Below are positions 46,590 through 55,272 of a DNA stretch of 64,000 nucleotides, one piece after another (positions within the stretch are counted from its first letter, which is position 1; each line of letters begins with the position of its first letter). The translations under genes were made by a program, and so were the position numbers. Under the pieces are notes generated by a model. That model was not told the origin of the DNA. It saw only the letters and a list, made by a program, of their open reading frames with translations, and did no database searches. Source of the stretch: Candidatus Melainabacteria bacterium 17Bon1m (GTDB lineage Bacteria; Cyanobacteriota; Vampirovibrionia; Obscuribacterales; Obscuribacteraceae); assembly GCA_032128875.1 (NCBI GenBank), contig JAVLKG010000006.1, positions 1 through 64,000 of the forward strand. Reading direction: 5' to 3'.

Positions 46590-47579
46590 TTGAAAGTTTT
46601 CACAGAAGCCAAACCTGGTCTGGTCCAAAGCTCAGCCATTGCGCTTGGTTTCTTTGATGGCGTTCATCCTGGTCACCAGGTTGTCATCGGCAAGGCTGTC
46701 GAAGAGGCGCGCGCTCTGGGTGTCATGTCTGGAGTCGTTACTTTCCGTGACCATCCGCGTGCCTTGACCAGAGGAGTGCACCCTCTATTGCTGACAGATA
46801 TCGATCAGCGCCTGAAGCTTTTTGAAGAACTCGGTGTCGAGGCGACTCTCGTCCTTACATTTTCGGAAGCTCTATGCCGCCTGTCGCCGCGCGAGTACGT
46901 CGAAAACGTCCTTGTTGGCGCAATGGGAGCCCGTTCTATATCTGTCGGACATAACCACCATTTTGGCAGAGACCGAGAAGGCAATCCGGACCTGTTGCGC
47001 ACATTCGGCGAGACGCTGGGCTTTTCCGTTCATGTGGCGCCTATGGTTTTTGTTAACAACGTCGAAGTTTCCAGTTCTGCAATTCGCGAAAGCATCATCG
47101 ATGGCGACATGACGAAAGCGAAGAATTTGCTCTCGCGTACCTACCGGATTGGCGGAGAAGTGATCAAAGGTGATGGGCGCGGCAGGCAGATTGGTTTTCC
47201 GACTGCCAATGTGCAGTTGCGCGAATTTCAACTTATCCCTAGAACCGGCGTATATGCGGGCATAGTCCAACTGAGCTCCGGCGAGCGGTTCGATTCTGTC
47301 ATAAATGTCGGGTATCGCCCCACCTTCAAGGCAACCGGCGGCGATGATGATCCGCTTGTTGAAGCGCACTTGTTTGATTTCGACCGGGATATCTATGGCG
47401 ATAAGTGCACTGTTGAGTTCGTTGAGTATTTGCGCACCGAGAAGAAATTCGACGGCATTGATGCTTTGAAAGAACAGATCAACGCCGATGCGGCAAAAAG
47501 CAGACAGGTGCTCGAAAATGCTAAAAATGCTGCAGGCGGGGAGACCAATCCCGGCGACAAAAGCAAGCTGCCTGCATAG
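46590..47579 (+). CDS. ribF: Bifunctional riboflavin kinase/FAD synthetase
   Basis: GFFDGVHPGHQ, VSSSAIR, GRQIGFPTAN, VEAHLFDF. Confidence 0.96.
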   Translation: MKVFTEAKPGLVQSSAIALGFFDGVHPGHQVVIGKAVEEARALGVMSGVVTFRDHPRALTRGVHPLLLTDIDQRLKLFEELGVEATLVLTFSEALCRLSPREYVENVLVGAMGARSISVGHNHHFGRDREGNPDLLRTFGETLGFSVHVAPMVFVNNVEVSSSAIRESIIDGDMTKAKNLLSRTYRIGGEVIKGDGRGRQIGFPTANVQLREFQLIPRTGVYAGIVQLSSGERFDSVINVGYRPTFKATGGDDDPLVEAHLFDFDRDIYGDKCTVEFVEYLRTEKKFDGIDALKEQINADAAKSRQVLENAKNAAGGETNPGDKSKLPA

Positions 47580-47605
47580 TCTCATTTATCGATAGTCTAT
47601 CGAAA

Positions 47606-48874
47606 GTGCGTATAACAAAAATCTGTCTGGAAAATTTCCGCAATTACGAACATGCTCTTCTGGAGCCGCATTCGTTTGGCAACATCATTCTGGGTGAAAA
47701 CGCTCAAGGCAAAAGTAATTTGCTGGAAGCGATCGAGTACGCAGCCACAGGAAAAGCCTATCGAGCTGCCAAAGACTTCGAGCTGGTGAGGCATGGCGCC
47801 GATATGATGAAGCTCGATATCAGCTTTGAAGCTGACGGTATGATCGAGTCGATCTCAATATTTCTCAAATCGAAGACGGGCGTATTGTTGTCAAACTCTG
47901 TTACAGCCTCGCTTCAGCGCGAGATAAAAGTAAACGGAGTAAAACAATCATCAACCGCCGCACTAAAACGAAGGTTGATCGTCGTCAGTTTCAAAAGCCA
48001 GGATTTGAACATTGTGCGCGGCGGACCAGCGTTTAGACGTGATTGGATCGATATTCTTTTGTGCAATCTTCGCGCGTCGACTGCCGGACGTTTGCAACAG
48101 TATCAAAAAATAGTCGCCCAGCGAAACCGACTTTTGAAGATAATTTCCGAGAGCGGACGCTTTAGTACTAGCGACAAAGAGCAGCTCAAAACTTGGGACA
48201 TTCAGGTCGCAAAAGCAGGCTCTGAAATCGTAAAAGAACGGCTAAACCTCATGGCACAGCTTATTCCCATTGCCGAGAAGCATCATGAAAGAATTTCCGG
48301 AAAAAGAGAAAAGCTCACTTCCGAGTATGTTTTCAAAAGTAAGAGCGCTCGCGATGGCTCTCAAAACCATGAGCACGACGAGGATGACGACGATGCTTTG
48401 CGCGAGAAAATGAAGTCTTTCAACATCGACGATTTGCGCAATGCAGAGACAAAGGAGATCGCCAAGATCATTTATTTGATGCTCAAGGATATTCGAGCAG
48501 AAGAAATCGCACGCAGGCAAACTCTTATCGGACCGCATCGCGACGACATTTCCTTTCATCTGGACGGAAAATCCGCGATGAATTTTGGCAGTCAGGGGCA
48601 GCAGCGTTCTCTGGTTTTATCTCTGAAACTTGCAGAGCTCGAATCGGTAAGAGCTGCATTAAACGAGCAACCTGTCCTGCTTCTTGATGATGTTCTTGCA
48701 GAGCTTGATCTGTTACGCCAGGAAGTATTGATGGAAATGGTCGGCAGCGGCATGCAGACTTTCGTCACCACCACGCACCTTTCGAGTTTCAAGCCTGAAT
48801 GGCTGGCGGATTCGCAGTTTTTCAATGTGGAGAATGGCTGTTTATCAGCCGTCAGGGAGCCCATCCCCCGCTAG
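47606..48874 (+). CDS. recF: DNA replication/repair protein RecF
   Basis: NFRNY, GENAQGKSNLLEAI, GPHRDD, SQGQQR, LLLDDVLAELD. Confidence 0.96.
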   Translation: MRITKICLENFRNYEHALLEPHSFGNIILGENAQGKSNLLEAIEYAATGKAYRAAKDFELVRHGADMMKLDISFEADGMIESISIFLKSKTGVLLSNSVTASLQREIKVNGVKQSSTAALKRRLIVVSFKSQDLNIVRGGPAFRRDWIDILLCNLRASTAGRLQQYQKIVAQRNRLLKIISESGRFSTSDKEQLKTWDIQVAKAGSEIVKERLNLMAQLIPIAEKHHERISGKREKLTSEYVFKSKSARDGSQNHEHDEDDDDALREKMKSFNIDDLRNAETKEIAKIIYLMLKDIRAEEIARRQTLIGPHRDDISFHLDGKSAMNFGSQGQQRSLVLSLKLAELESVRAALNEQPVLLLDDVLAELDLLRQEVLMEMVGSGMQTFVTTTHLSSFKPEWLADSQFFNVENGCLSAVREPIPR

Positions 48875-49101
48875 GGCGATTTTTTCCCAAAGCGGGCAAA
48901 TTATGATGAAAACTCGTAAAGAAGCCGTTATGGTATAAGAACAGTGGGTACATTAATATTGCTTAACCATGACGCCTCCCCGCCCATGGACCTGGCAAAA
49001 GCCAGGAAAAGCAACATGGGCTGCATCCGGCGATCTTTGCTTTCAGTCCGGAATCATTCGAAAACCGACCTGGAAAGATCTAAAAAGGAAACTATATAAG
49101 C

Positions 49102-50679
49102 GTGTTTGCGGGAAATACAGAACGTGGGCTGGACCAGCGCATTTGCGTTGAGTGCAACCGGCAATTTACCGGGTTGTACACCGCATGCCCGCACGATGGC
49201 GCTCTACTGAGACCGATAATTCAAGACCCGCTCATAGGAACGGTGCTTGCAGGAAACTATGAAATCCTGGAAGTGCTCGGTCAGGGCGGCATGGGTGTGG
49301 TTTATCGCGGCAAGCACTCCTTGATGGAAAGAATTGTCGCCATCAAAATGCTGCTCTCTCAATTGATTTCGGATACCAACAGCGTAAAGCGCTTCCAACA
49401 AGAGTCGAAAGCAGCGGCGCGTCTAAAGCACCCGCATATTATCGACGTCTACGATTTCGGCATATCGCCCGCCGGTCAGCCCTACATCGTTATGGAATTT
49501 CTGGAGGGTACGCCTTTATCGGACCTGATTAAGAAAGAAGGTCAGATAGGGGTTGAGCGCTCTATAAAACTGATTGCTCAAGCTTGTGACGCTCTCGATC
49601 ACGCTCACAAACAGGGCGTCGTCCACCGCGATTTGAAGCCGAGCAATATCGTCCTTACTCAATATGACGAAGAGAAAGATTACGTCAAGGTTGTGGACTT
49701 CGGCGTAGCCAAACTTATTGAAGTCGGCAACAACAACGAAGGTCAGAGACTGACTCAAGCTGGTGAAGTCTGCGGCAGTCCCGTCTATATGAGCCCCGAG
49801 CAGTGCATGGGACAAGACCTCGATGCGCGCTCCGACATTTATTCGATGGGCATTGTCTTGTATGAAACATTGACTGGAAAGTTGCCGATTCTCGGCAAAA
49901 CGATGGTCGATACAATGTCTAAGCATATTTCCGAACCCCCGGTTCCGTTCAATGAGGCAAGACCGGACCTTTATATTCCGGAGCGTCTGGAGTGGGTGGT
50001 TCTGAAAGCCATGGCTAAAGATCCGGCGCAGCGCCATCAGACCATGGAGGAGTTCAAGCTCGACCTCGATCTTGCAATTCCGCGCCCGGGCAGAAGCACA
50101 GTATTGCGAACGCAAGAGCAAAAGTCTCCCATAGAGAGCATGCTCGGCTTCGTCAAAGAAGTCCCGGTTTGGACGTGGGCTGCGGCAGTAGCATTGATGG
50201 TAGCCGCTGGCGGAATTATTGTTCATGCAGTATCCGACAAGCCTGCTGCGGCACCGAGTCATGCGCATACTCCGCCTGCTCAAACCGCACCGGCCACTGC
50301 TCCGACTGCAACTACTCCTGCCACTACTAATAATCAGACAACTCCCGCGCCTGTTGCAAAAACAGCGCCCGCGACAGATAGTGCTGCGGCCGTGAAAACA
50401 CCGAAACAACCGCCTTCTGTAAAGCCGATCAAGACGGCGACTTCTCGTGAGACTGCAGGTGAAGTCGAGCAACCAACTCATCGTCGCGCCTACAGCACAA
50501 CGACTTCTGCAAATGACGAACCGGAAAGACCCGTGCGTCGGGCTGCACCTCCTCCACGCAAGGCGCCTACGCGTCGTGCTTATAGCTCGAGCGGCGCCAG
50601 CTCACATCCTGCTGCCAGCAGCGGCGGTGGCGATCCTTTTGCGCAACTTATGCGTTCGCGCGGCAGACCCGTCGAATAA
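49102..50679 (+). CDS. Ser/Thr protein kinase with N-terminal Cys motif, TM helix and Pro/Ala/Thr-rich tail
   Basis: CVEC..CPHDG, GQGGMGVV, VAIK, HRDLKPSN, DFG, YMSPEQ; TM helix WTWAAAVALMVAAGGIIV. Confidence 0.95.
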   Translation: MFAGNTERGLDQRICVECNRQFTGLYTACPHDGALLRPIIQDPLIGTVLAGNYEILEVLGQGGMGVVYRGKHSLMERIVAIKMLLSQLISDTNSVKRFQQESKAAARLKHPHIIDVYDFGISPAGQPYIVMEFLEGTPLSDLIKKEGQIGVERSIKLIAQACDALDHAHKQGVVHRDLKPSNIVLTQYDEEKDYVKVVDFGVAKLIEVGNNNEGQRLTQAGEVCGSPVYMSPEQCMGQDLDARSDIYSMGIVLYETLTGKLPILGKTMVDTMSKHISEPPVPFNEARPDLYIPERLEWVVLKAMAKDPAQRHQTMEEFKLDLDLAIPRPGRSTVLRTQEQKSPIESMLGFVKEVPVWTWAAAVALMVAAGGIIVHAVSDKPAAAPSHAHTPPAQTAPATAPTATTPATTNNQTTPAPVAKTAPATDSAAAVKTPKQPPSVKPIKTATSRETAGEVEQPTHRRAYSTTTSANDEPERPVRRAAPPPRKAPTRRAYSSSGASSHPAASSGGGDPFAQLMRSRGRPVE

Positions 50680-50688
50680 AGGGTAATC

Positions 50689-50718
50689 GTGGGGGCGCAT
50701 TGCATGCGCCCTTTTTTA
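50689..50718 (+). repeat. GTGG-type REP-like palindrome / terminator
   Basis: GTGG-GGGCGCAT-TGC-ATGCGCCC followed by a T run, between convergent genes. Confidence 0.65.
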
Positions 50719-50729
50719 TGGCAAATCAA

Positions 50730-51518
50730 CTAGTTGAACTTCGCTATCGCTTGAGTCAGCTTTTTGACTCGCGCCGGGTCAACATCGTTTTGCCAATTGC
50801 CATCAAACTTGGCATAAGATCCAACGATCAAGCCATCTACCAGAGGCGCATAGGTTGGAATGTTTTCCGGCGTAATTCCCGAGCCGATTAAAACCGGCAA
50901 TTTTGCACCCTTCTTTAACGACTCGACATCCGAAAGCGTAGGTTCTTTGCCCGTGGCAGAGCCGGTTACAATGACGCCATCCGCCTTGAAAAATTCCGCT
51001 GCCTCCGCTGTTTCTAAAAGCGTGACATCACCTGTGATGGCATGTGCGGAATGTTTCTTCTTAATATCCGCGAAGATTTTTACCTTGCCAGCCTTCAGGT
51101 GAGCCCGCCTACGGATAAGTTTTGCAGCGCATGAATCGTGTAAGCCTTCATCGCCGACATGCGCGAAAACAAACCCTTCCACACGGATGAAATCCAGATT
51201 GCAAGCTGCTGCCACTCCCAGTGCTTCTAGATTGGCTCCGGCAAGGAGTTGTACACCGATCGGCAGTTTGGTTTGTATTTTGATCGCGTTAGCTACCACA
51301 GTCATGGCGGCAATTGTTTCTGGATCTACATAACCGGTCAAATACGGCGCATCGTGCATGTTCTCGACGATGATGCCGTCAACTCCGCCTTCTTGATACA
51401 CCTTCGCGTCAGCAAGTGCCGCAGACAAAATCTGCTCCATGTTGCCCGTGTACCCTGCTGAACCCGGCAGCGGATGCACATGCACGCAACCTATAAGTGA
51501 GCATTTTTTGCCGAACAT
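50730..51518 (-). CDS. BtpA/SgcQ family protein
   Basis: IGCVHVHPLPGS, VENMHDAPY, IFADIKKKH, VIVTG.ATG, LIGSG. Confidence 0.92.
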   Translation of the reverse strand: MFGKKCSLIGCVHVHPLPGSAGYTGNMEQILSAALADAKVYQEGGVDGIIVENMHDAPYLTGYVDPETIAAMTVVANAIKIQTKLPIGVQLLAGANLEALGVAAACNLDFIRVEGFVFAHVGDEGLHDSCAAKLIRRRAHLKAGKVKIFADIKKKHSAHAITGDVTLLETAEAAEFFKADGVIVTGSATGKEPTLSDVESLKKGAKLPVLIGSGITPENIPTYAPLVDGLIVGSYAKFDGNWQNDVDPARVKKLTQAIAKFN

Positions 51519-51543
51519 TTTGGTTCCTTTTTATTTATTCTAT

Positions 51544-52209
51544 TTAGATCAAATCTTTAATTAGCACTGCGCGAACAGGCGACGCTTCCAATTCTGTCAG
51601 TTTTAGCGGCGCTGCCGAAAGAAAGTAGATTCCTTCTTCGGCGTTGGTCAAATCAAGATTTTCCAGCCAGCTAAAACCAGCTTTTATCATTGCATGGTGG
51701 ACCTGCAGATCTTTTGAATCAATATGGTCTACAGAAGGAGTGTCGAGCCCTGCCATAATGATTCCGCGAGACTTCATCGCTTCCACCAGCTCGACTGTAA
51801 AGTGCGAGTAGATAGAGCCTTCCCAAACATCGAAGCGCAAATTTTTTTGTGTTTTGAACACCACTCGTGGTGGCAGTTCTTTAAACCGGCTTGCGGCCTT
51901 CTCCAGGTGTTCGCGAGTAATGCCTCCCGCCAAGGGAGAAACATCGAGCACCGCGCAAGGGCCTATATAAGGAAGCAGCGGCATTCCCGAGGCCATGCCG
52001 TCGGCATCATCCATTCGTCCCTGGATGTGGCTGGGGGCGTCGGCGTGTGTGCCGACGTGAGGGCTCATCGTAAAGGACGTCAAGTTGACTGTGGCGCCTT
52101 CTTCCATGCGCAGCGTCACCTGGCGACTGAAAGGAGTGTCTCCAGGAAAGCACGCTGTCCGGGGGGACACGGGCTGGGAGATGTCAATTATCGTGTAAGT
52201 TGAAGTCAT
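51544..52209 (-). CDS. kynB: Kynurenine formamidase (cyclase family)
   Basis: FPGDTPF, HVGTHADAP.H metal motif, GLDTPSVD, LENL, ASPVRAVL; adjacent to 2-aminomuconate genes. Confidence 0.8.
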   Translation of the reverse strand: MTSTYTIIDISQPVSPRTACFPGDTPFSRQVTLRMEEGATVNLTSFTMSPHVGTHADAPSHIQGRMDDADGMASGMPLLPYIGPCAVLDVSPLAGGITREHLEKAASRFKELPPRVVFKTQKNLRFDVWEGSIYSHFTVELVEAMKSRGIIMAGLDTPSVDHIDSKDLQVHHAMIKAGFSWLENLDLTNAEEGIYFLSAAPLKLTELEASPVRAVLIKDLI

Positions 52210-52275
52210 AGGCGGTGGATATTATACAAAGCTCTCGCTCTGGTACTATTTAGAGCCTTATATCTATACGGAGTG

Positions 52276-52782
52276 ATGTCCATGACGGCGACGCAGTCTT
52301 TGGGACGCAAGCAAATCAATCCGGAGAGCCGTGCACCCAAGGCACTTGGTTCTTACTCGCACGCTCTGCAAGTAGGACAGCTTGTGTTTGTGGCCGGACA
52401 GGGTTGTCGCGATGCGAAAACCGGCGTAGAAGCTGGTATTACACTTGATGGCGATGGCAAGGTGAAAGCCTACGACATAGAAGTGCAAACGGAAGGTGTG
52501 CTCAAAAACCTGGCAACAGTGCTGGAATCGGCAGGACTTTCCTTATCCGACGTTATCGATGCTACTGTCTTTCTCAAGTCAATGAGCGACTTCGACGCTT
52601 ACAACAAAGTTTGGGCAAAATACTTCACATCTGAATGCCCGCCGGCTCGCACTACTGTGGGCGTAGCCGATCTTCCCGGACGCAATTACATCGAAATCAA
52701 AGCCATTGCTATGGCACGCGAACCCGTAGAAGTGGAAGCTTCGGTAAGTTCGCGCATCGACTCCGGCGCCGCCAGTTTTTAA
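52276..52782 (+). CDS. RidA-family protein, probable 2-aminomuconate deaminase
   Basis: APKALGSYSHA, FVAGQG, PARTTV, IEIKAIA; gene context. Confidence 0.8.
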   Translation: MSMTATQSLGRKQINPESRAPKALGSYSHALQVGQLVFVAGQGCRDAKTGVEAGITLDGDGKVKAYDIEVQTEGVLKNLATVLESAGLSLSDVIDATVFLKSMSDFDAYNKVWAKYFTSECPPARTTVGVADLPGRNYIEIKAIAMAREPVEVEASVSSRIDSGAASF

Positions 52783-52794
52783 GTACAAAAGCTC

Positions 52795-52824
52795 AGAAGT
52801 TAAAGCGATAACGCTTTAACTTCT
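52795..52824. repeat. Perfect 13-bp inverted repeat between ridA-like and aldehyde dehydrogenase genes
   Basis: AGAAGTTAAAGCG-ATAA-CGCTTTAACTTCT. Confidence 0.85.
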
Positions 52825-52881
52825 AGTGACCCCGAATGACAAAAAATCTGTAAACCCAACCAGTGAGAGGAATTAGAGAGC

Positions 52882-54351
52882 GTGACTACTCAAGTGAAGC
52901 GCAAAGTCAGACACCTGCACCATTTCATTGGAGGAGACTATGTAGGCTCCAAGTCGGGGAAGAGCTTCGATTCGTTTAACCCTGCAACTGGTGAGGTTCA
53001 CGCCACAGTTGCTCTTGGGGGCAAAGAAGAAATCGACCAGGCTGTAGCTGCTGCCAAAGATGCATTTGAAAACGGTCCGTGGCCTCGAATGTCAATGAAG
53101 GAACGCTGCGAGATACTGCGTCGCATTGGTGACTTGATCCTTTCGCGCAAAGAGGAGTTGGCGCAAGCCGAAACGCTCGACACGGGCAAACCAATTACTG
53201 AGAGCCTGACTGGAGACATCCCCCGCTCTGCACAGAATTTCCATTTCTTCTCTGACTACGCCCAGTCTTTAGGCGATGAGGTATTTACCTCTGCGCCTGG
53301 CGAAAAGCACATTGTTTCACGTGAGCCGCTGGGAGTCGTTGGACTTATTACCCCCTGGAATTTGCCACTTTATTTGGCAACATGGAAAATCGCTCCATGT
53401 CTGGCAATGGGTAACACTTGTGTTTTGAAACCTGCAGAATGGACACCGTACACAGCCTTTCTTTTGGCCGACATAGTCTCGCTTGCTGGTCTACCCAAGG
53501 GCGTTTTGAACATCGTGCACGGTCTTGGCGCGGACAGCGCAGGCGAAGCATTGACACGGCATCCTGATGTTCGTGCGATTTCATTCACCGGTGAAACAGG
53601 CACTGGGCGCGCAATCATGACAGCTGCTGCTGCCACACTCAAGAAAGTTTCTTTTGAGCTTGGCGGAAAAGGTGCAACCATCATCTTTGCAGATTCTGAC
53701 ATTGACGAAGCGGTAGAAACCGCCGCCAGAGCCGCCTACCGCAATCAAGGACAGATTTGTTTGGCTGGTTCTCGCTTGTTCGTCGAAGAGAGCGTGAAAA
53801 AACAGGTAGTGGACAAACTCTTGCAACGCGTCAAATCAATACGAGTTGGCGATCCCACGAAAGACAATACTCAGATGGGTGCTCTTATTAGCAAGGAACA
53901 TCTGGACAAAGTCGAAGGATATTTGGAAATCGGCGGAAAAGAAGGCAAGTTGATGACCGGCGGTCAACGTGTAAAAGAGCTTGGCGAGGGCTATTTCCTC
54001 TCACCTTCCGTCTTCTGTGATTTGCCTGTTGACTCAAAACTGATTCACGAAGAAATTTTTGGACCGGTATTGCCTGTGGTGCCATTCGCAAAAGAAGAAG
54101 AAGTCTTGAAGATGGTCAACGACTCTCCATACGGACTTTCTGCTTCAGTCTTCAGCAAGGATGTTGATCGCTGCTACCGGATGTCTAGTGGCATTAGAAC
54201 AGGGCTGGTCTGGGTCAATTGCTGGTTTGCCCGTGACTTGCGTACACCGTTCGGCGGCATGAAGTCCTCGGGTGTAGGGCGCGAGGGCGGTCGTTACAGT
54301 TTGGAATTCTTCTCGGAAGCGAAGACGATTTCCTACAAATATAAGATTTAG
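52882..54351 (+). CDS. Aldehyde dehydrogenase, 2-aminomuconate/2-hydroxymuconate semialdehyde dehydrogenase type
   Basis: DIPRSAQNFHFF, PWNLPLYLATWKIAP, SFELGGK, NQGQICLAGSR, EEIFGP, WVNCW..RDLRTPFGG. Confidence 0.88.
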   Translation: MTTQVKRKVRHLHHFIGGDYVGSKSGKSFDSFNPATGEVHATVALGGKEEIDQAVAAAKDAFENGPWPRMSMKERCEILRRIGDLILSRKEELAQAETLDTGKPITESLTGDIPRSAQNFHFFSDYAQSLGDEVFTSAPGEKHIVSREPLGVVGLITPWNLPLYLATWKIAPCLAMGNTCVLKPAEWTPYTAFLLADIVSLAGLPKGVLNIVHGLGADSAGEALTRHPDVRAISFTGETGTGRAIMTAAAATLKKVSFELGGKGATIIFADSDIDEAVETAARAAYRNQGQICLAGSRLFVEESVKKQVVDKLLQRVKSIRVGDPTKDNTQMGALISKEHLDKVEGYLEIGGKEGKLMTGGQRVKELGEGYFLSPSVFCDLPVDSKLIHEEIFGPVLPVVPFAKEEEVLKMVNDSPYGLSASVFSKDVDRCYRMSSGIRTGLVWVNCWFARDLRTPFGGMKSSGVGREGGRYSLEFFSEAKTISYKYKI

Positions 54352-54376
54352 ATAGAAAGCAGAGGCGTTCAATTTT

Positions 54377-55168
54377 ATGGACTTTGGAATTAAGGGCAAG
54401 CACGCGCTCGTGTGCGCTGCATCGCGTGGTTTGGGGTTTGCCATCGCTAAAGCGCTGGCGCAAGAAGGTGTGGACCTGATCATTAGCGCTCGTGATGAGG
54501 AAAAGCTCAAGCAGGCAGCAGAGGCTCTGAGAAAAATCGCAAATGTGAAAGTCGATTACATCGCCGGCGATCTGAGCGTCGAAGCAGACCGAAAGAAGTT
54601 GATTGAGTTTGCCAGAGAGAAGTCCGGTGGACTGGACATTCTCGTCCACAACGTTGGGGGGCCCAAAGCACAAGCCGCACAATCGACCAATTCTGCCGAC
54701 TGGCAGGAGGCTTTCGACAAGCTTTTCCTGCCCATTGTGGACCTCAATCAGACATTCTTGCCGGGAATGAAAGAGAAGAAGTGGGGCAGAATTATCACTG
54801 TTACTTCTCTTTCGGTAATCGAGCCGATAGCCAACCTGGCATTGTCAAACGGTATCCGCTCGGCAGTCACTGCTATGTTGAAAACTCTTTCCGACGAAGT
54901 GGCGCAGGACGGTATTACGGTCAATTGCCTGGCTCCCGGCTTGATTCAGACAGCTCGCACCGACGAGCTCATGGAGTCGCGGCGCAAGCTCACCGGGCAG
55001 TCCAAGGAAGAGTACATGACCGACTATGTGGCTTCTATTCCAGCCAGGCGGCTCGGCGATGCTGATGAATTTGGCGCAGTAGCGGCATTCCTTGCCTCCA
55101 AGCAGGCTCAATATGTGACTGGTCAGACCATTTGCATAGACGGCGGCAAACGGCGCTCAGTTCATTAA
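54377..55168 (+). CDS. SDR-family oxidoreductase
   Basis: ALVCAASRGLG, NVGGP, SN..R active-site variant, IDGG. Confidence 0.9.
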   Translation: MDFGIKGKHALVCAASRGLGFAIAKALAQEGVDLIISARDEEKLKQAAEALRKIANVKVDYIAGDLSVEADRKKLIEFAREKSGGLDILVHNVGGPKAQAAQSTNSADWQEAFDKLFLPIVDLNQTFLPGMKEKKWGRIITVTSLSVIEPIANLALSNGIRSAVTAMLKTLSDEVAQDGITVNCLAPGLIQTARTDELMESRRKLTGQSKEEYMTDYVASIPARRLGDADEFGAVAAFLASKQAQYVTGQTICIDGGKRRSVH

Positions 55169-55172
55169 AGCC

Positions 55173-55231
55173 AGACTTCAGTCGACAAATTTAGACTTCT
55201 GTCGACCGCTTTGAGTCGCTGTAGTATGATT
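55173..55231 (+). promoter_or_regulatory. 14-bp direct repeat overlapping a putative promoter
   Basis: AGACTTCAGTCGAC (55173) and AGACTTCTGTCGAC (55193); TCGACC-N17-TATGAT. Confidence 0.5.
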
Positions 55232-55272
55232 TGCGAGTCTTTATATATTGATGGGTTTTGAGGGTAACGAAC

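Noticed and set aside
49516-50481. 321-aa minus-strand ORF and other long antisense ORFs (46872-47585, 56932-57630, 34218-34832)
   Set aside because: They lie antisense to well-supported genes and show no recognisable motifs.
50730-51518. BtpA as evidence of photosystem I
   Set aside because: The BtpA/SgcQ family is widespread in non-phototrophs, and no photosynthesis genes are in the window.
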